Part shown: positions 60,413-64,000 of the stretch, in pieces
Numbering within the stretch: the first letter of the stretch is position 1
Layout of the letters: every line of letters begins with the position of its first letter
Translations under genes and position numbers: made by a program
Assembly (NCBI GenBank): GCA_951406725.2
Contig: OX597822.1
Coordinates: forward strand, 52,080,001 to 52,144,000
Origin: Octopus vulgaris
Lineage: Eukaryota
Length of the DNA: 64,000 bases
Reading direction: 5' to 3'
Notes under the pieces: generated by a model
The model's database searches: none
What the model was told of the DNA's origin: nothing
The model's input: only the letters and a program-made list of their open reading frames with translations

Positions 60413-61567
60413 GTATAACAGAAGAGGCGTTCACAGTAGTAAATAAGTGAAAAAGAAAAGAACGAGAAGCAGAAAAAGAAAAAAGAGAATGAGAAGGAGC
60501 TTGAGGAGGAAGGTGATAAGGAGGTGACAGAAACGAGTTTACAAACTATATCAGAAGAAGATGAGTTGGGTTGTGGAGAGAGACAATAGCATGAAAATGA
60601 AGCATCGACATTGACTAAAATGAAAGAGAATAAAGACAGAGTGGAGGCACCAAAGGTGGAGCAAGGAAAAAATGTGGAATTTTGGTGATATACGCCAAAA
60701 GCACGGCGGTAGATAAAAGATAACGTAATTTTTTGAATAATTTTTCCATCTAATTTCATTTTTCTACCTAAAATTGTTATTTATGCTTTTCGAAAGTGAT
60801 AGTTCACCGGTAGAAACAGTCGACCTCACGTTTTAAGTATGGAATAGGCTGTATCCCGTTCCAAAATTGTGTTTTATTGCTGAGTTCGCCTCTCGTCGAA
60901 ATCAACTTTGTTGTTCATCTCTCTGAGATCGATTATTACTGAATGACAGAGCTGTGCTTGCCATCAAAGTTAAACTGGGGTAAAATATATGAAGCCCAGT
61001 ATACCCGCCAGTCAAGTAATGGGATCTATGGTATCAACTAACTCCTGCTCTTCAAAATTGTTGCAGAGACGAGTGGGTCGATTGTGCCTGGGTGGTGGTA
61101 GTACGAGACAAACCAGTCCCCAGAAACAGAGGCCATTAGAATAGCGATTGAAAAGACAGAGAGGACACAGCGCACCCGTGCGCCAGATATTGGAGTGTAC
61201 TCATTAGTGACTGAATTCTAATCAATGGTCTTTGTCTCGATGCGTCCAATATGTCATCACGCAAAGTGGTGCCACTGTTTTACTTGCGGCAGTAGTACTT
61301 ATTGTGGGTTTCAAGTAAGCCTTGTAGAATGACAGCACCTGCTGGATACTAAAGTGTATTCTGGTTCCTAAACAGAAGGGCTAGACTTTGAAAAGCGATC
61401 CTATAGATGCTAAGGATGTACCTTTGTCAGAAACCAGGGGAGATCCTCGGTTGTAGTGAAGCCACGTATTTGGAGCGACGGTGTGGGCTCTAACCCATTG
61501 TGGTTATATAAATATAGAGAGTTAGGTATAGATGTATATGTATACATATACATACATACATGCATGC

Positions 61568-61618
<51 letters not shown>

Positions 61619-61794
61619 CTCTAGATTTTCTATAGAAATTACAGCCAAAACTGAAAAATGTCTTAGGTAGCACCGATATTTTAAATAACATGCATGGATA
61701 TGTTAGTTGTAATAACACTACTGTTGATAAATTGAACGAAATAACTTTAAAATAAGAAAGAAATGAATTATGAATAGTGGTGTAATTTACTTAC

Positions 61795-61852
61795 TGTTGT
61801 AGCTGTTCACATAAGAAATAGCTACTGTTACTAGTAGCAATAGTCGCAGCAT
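61795..61852 (-). CDS. Exon 1 (signal peptide) of a secreted multi-pacifastin-like/half-VWC repeat protein
   Basis: Minus strand reads gccaacATG...AAC A|gtaagt = MLRLLLLVTVAISYVNSYN, hydrophobic and signal-peptide-like. The consensus GTAAGT donor is phase 1, matching the phase-1 acceptor at 58202/58203. Confidence 0.85.
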
Positions 61853-61919
61853 GTTGGCCAGTTGGTTTATCTTTTCTTTCTGCCTCTTGTAGACTGGTGA
61901 CTGTTGTTTACCGAAACAA

Positions 61920-61957
61920 GGATGAGTTTGACAAACGTCTCAAACGTACGCTTTATA
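61920..61957 (-). promoter_or_regulatory. TATA box plus initiator-like element of the repeat-protein gene
   Basis: Minus strand TATAAAG at 61957-61951, with an Inr-like CTCATC about 30 nt downstream and ~70 nt before the ATG. Confidence 0.6.
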
Positions 61958-62231
61958 TGGGCCGCAATAAACGTGATCAACTGCATACATCGTGGGAAAT
62001 AATTGGTTTCACAAATTCCGTATTTAGAAACAGCAAAAATAAACATCAATAAATAGGTAGTTTTAATTTCCCATTAATGGTTTCTTCCTAAAAATAAACT
62101 ATTCATAAATAGGTTGGGTCTTCTTACGATAACAAACAATAGTATCAGAGGTGTTTCACAAGGTGGTGGTTAAATAAGTTCTTCATTATCATCACGTTTT
62201 AATCAATGTGTTTATAGACAGCAATACTATA

Positions 62232-62465
62232 TATATGTGTGTGTGTGTTTGTGTGTCTGTGTTTGTCCCCCTAGCATTGCTTGACAACCGATGCTGGTGT
62301 GTTTACGTCCCCGTCTCTTAGCGGTTCGGCAAAAGAGCCCGATAGAATAAGTACTGGGCTTACAAAGAATATGTCCCGGGGTCGATTTGTTCGACTAAAG
62401 GCGGTGCTCCAGCATGGCCGCAGTCAAAATGACTGAAACAAGTAAAAGAGTAAACAGTAAAAGAG

Positions 62466-62529
<64 letters not shown>

Positions 62530-62667
62530 CATGGTAATAACAGGATTTTTTCGAAATTTCTATTAGCTTTCTTCGAAATACGTGCTTGTTAGTGATAAAT
62601 TATATGGTTATCGACGTTGTCTATTTTCGGCATATTTTGGCATTAGAAATTTTTTCTTTTGTCCTTA

Positions 62668-62670
<3 letters not shown>
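62232..62670 (+). repeat. Duplicated segment equal to the empty site of the hAT insertion (matches 43020-43273 joined to 47061-47260)
   Basis: Shares diagnostic SINE variants (cctagcattgc, cgtctcttagc, gtcaaaatgac) and the unique downstream flank catggtaataacaggattttt...gtccttacttat. Confidence 0.9.
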
Positions 62671-62722
<52 letters not shown>

Positions 62723-62752
62723 TCAAAATAAAAACATGATGCCAAGGATTCA

Positions 62753-62830
62753 GCGGTACATATGTTTCGGGCCTTTATTAGACGGATTTATAACAATGCA
62801 TAATGTATGTCTGTGGCCTTCTTCAGCCGC
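62753..62830 (-). ncRNA. Type I hammerhead ribozyme with canonical core and extended helix II
   Basis: GCGG-CUGAAGA-AGGCC...GGCCC-GAAACAUAUGUA-CCGC, with palindromic ACAUAUGU. Confidence 0.78.
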
Positions 62831-62904
62831 GCACAACAACTTCCACAAGGACATGTATTACATCAAAAATTCTTGGTTTAGGTTGCTCGACCTCCTAGAA
62901 ATCT

Positions 62905-63197
62905 AGATACTACAACCACCGGTCCTCGCTTAAGCATAGGCATAAAGCTAACAGCACCTCCTTTCTAAAAAAATTTGGGAATTAAAAGACAATAGCATAG
63001 GTTTCAAACTCAGGTGGTCCATCACCGGATCAGCTGCACCTTATTTAAACAATAGAGCAAGATGCCAACTATGTTGTGTAGAACTCCTGAATATCTTGAA
63101 ATTCAAGGAGAAACACAATCTTATTAACAAAAGGTCAGAGTTCAAACCATCCTGTATACACAAACTTATTAATACTTTCAAATACTACAAAGTTTAG
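62905..63197 (+). pseudogene. PLE endonuclease C-terminal fragment, Naiad/Chlamys-like
   Basis: With one frameshift: RYYNHRSSLKHRHKANSTS/LSKKIWELKDNSIGFKLRWSI...RCQLCCVELLNILK...LINKRSEFKPSCIH. Clade assignment is from recalled motifs. Confidence 0.7.
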
Positions 63198-64000
63198 GCT
63201 ATTATACCAGCTACCCCATGCAATTTCCCCCCACCCGGTGCAACCTGTCGGCTCCAGCGCATCCCGTTTTCCTATATATATATTTTCCTATATATACTCA
63301 TTTTGTCTCCCATATATGTTTTTTCTTCTCCTACACCTACATTCTTCCTATCTAAATTTTTTGTTTCCCTATATCTATACCTTTTTCCCATTTCTAACTC
63401 TGATGTTGAGCACGCACCACCAAACCCCGCTTCCCACCCTTCCAATTTTCAGTTCCCCCCGCCCGCCCCTACGTGGTCACCTTTAGCACACACCTTTAAC
63501 TTTACACTTTCAACCACCTTTTATTTTTACCTTCATCTCATGTTAAGCTTTACCCGATTATATTTTTATTTTATTTTATCCTATTTTATTTTGCTTTACC
63601 TTTATTCTTATTTTTATTTTCATTCTTTATTTTAATTTTTATAGTTTTTATAATTTTTATACTTCATTTCTAATTTTTATACATCTTTTAATATCTTATT
63701 TCTATACCTGTATGTGTGGGCATCTGTGTATGTGTATGTAAGGGTATGCGCACACGCGCGTATAGACACACAGATGTGTGTGTGTGTGCGTGTGGATACG
63801 TGCGCGTGGGTCCGTATGTATGTATGTATGCGTGTATGTATGCACACGTGGGTGTGCATGTATGCACACATATATATGTGCGTGTGTGGGTATGGGTGTG
63901 AGTATATATATATACATGTGTGTATGTATATGTGTATGTATGTATATGTATACATGTGCATATATATATGTATGCATATGTGTATGTGTATATATATATA

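Noticed and set aside
62905-63560. Selenocysteine/SECIS, as reported for some Naiad PLEs
   Set aside because: No in-frame TGA at Cys positions in the fragment and no convincing SECIS seen by eye.

Overview
AT-rich animal genomic DNA, dense in microsatellites and tRNA-derived SINEs. The repeat landscape resembles octopus/coleoid cephalopod DNA, but this is an inference from recalled repeat families and was not verified. One complete protein-coding gene can be reconstructed on the minus strand: TATA box at ~61952-61957, signal-peptide exon 61795-61852, a 3.49-kb exon 54715-58202 and a 5-codon terminal exon 54102-54119. It encodes a ~1187-aa secreted protein of 31 tandem six-Cys pacifastin-like/half-VWC modules with a 4-module (444 bp) higher-order repeat. 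The rest is transposon-derived: a near-intact hAT element whose empty site is duplicated 19 kb away, a Neptune-type Penelope-like element (PLE) with an inverted pseudo-LTR, two other PLE relics, Helitrons (one carrying a Pif1 helicase fragment), R4/Dong-type LINE relics, Tc1/mariner relics and a 4 x ~1.36 kb tandem array. There is also a diverse set of type I hammerhead-ribozyme motifs (canonical, U3:A8, C4, U6 and degenerate cores), each family with its own palindromic helix III. Nearly all short ORFs in the supplied track are microsatellite artefacts. All calls were made by eye; no searches were run.
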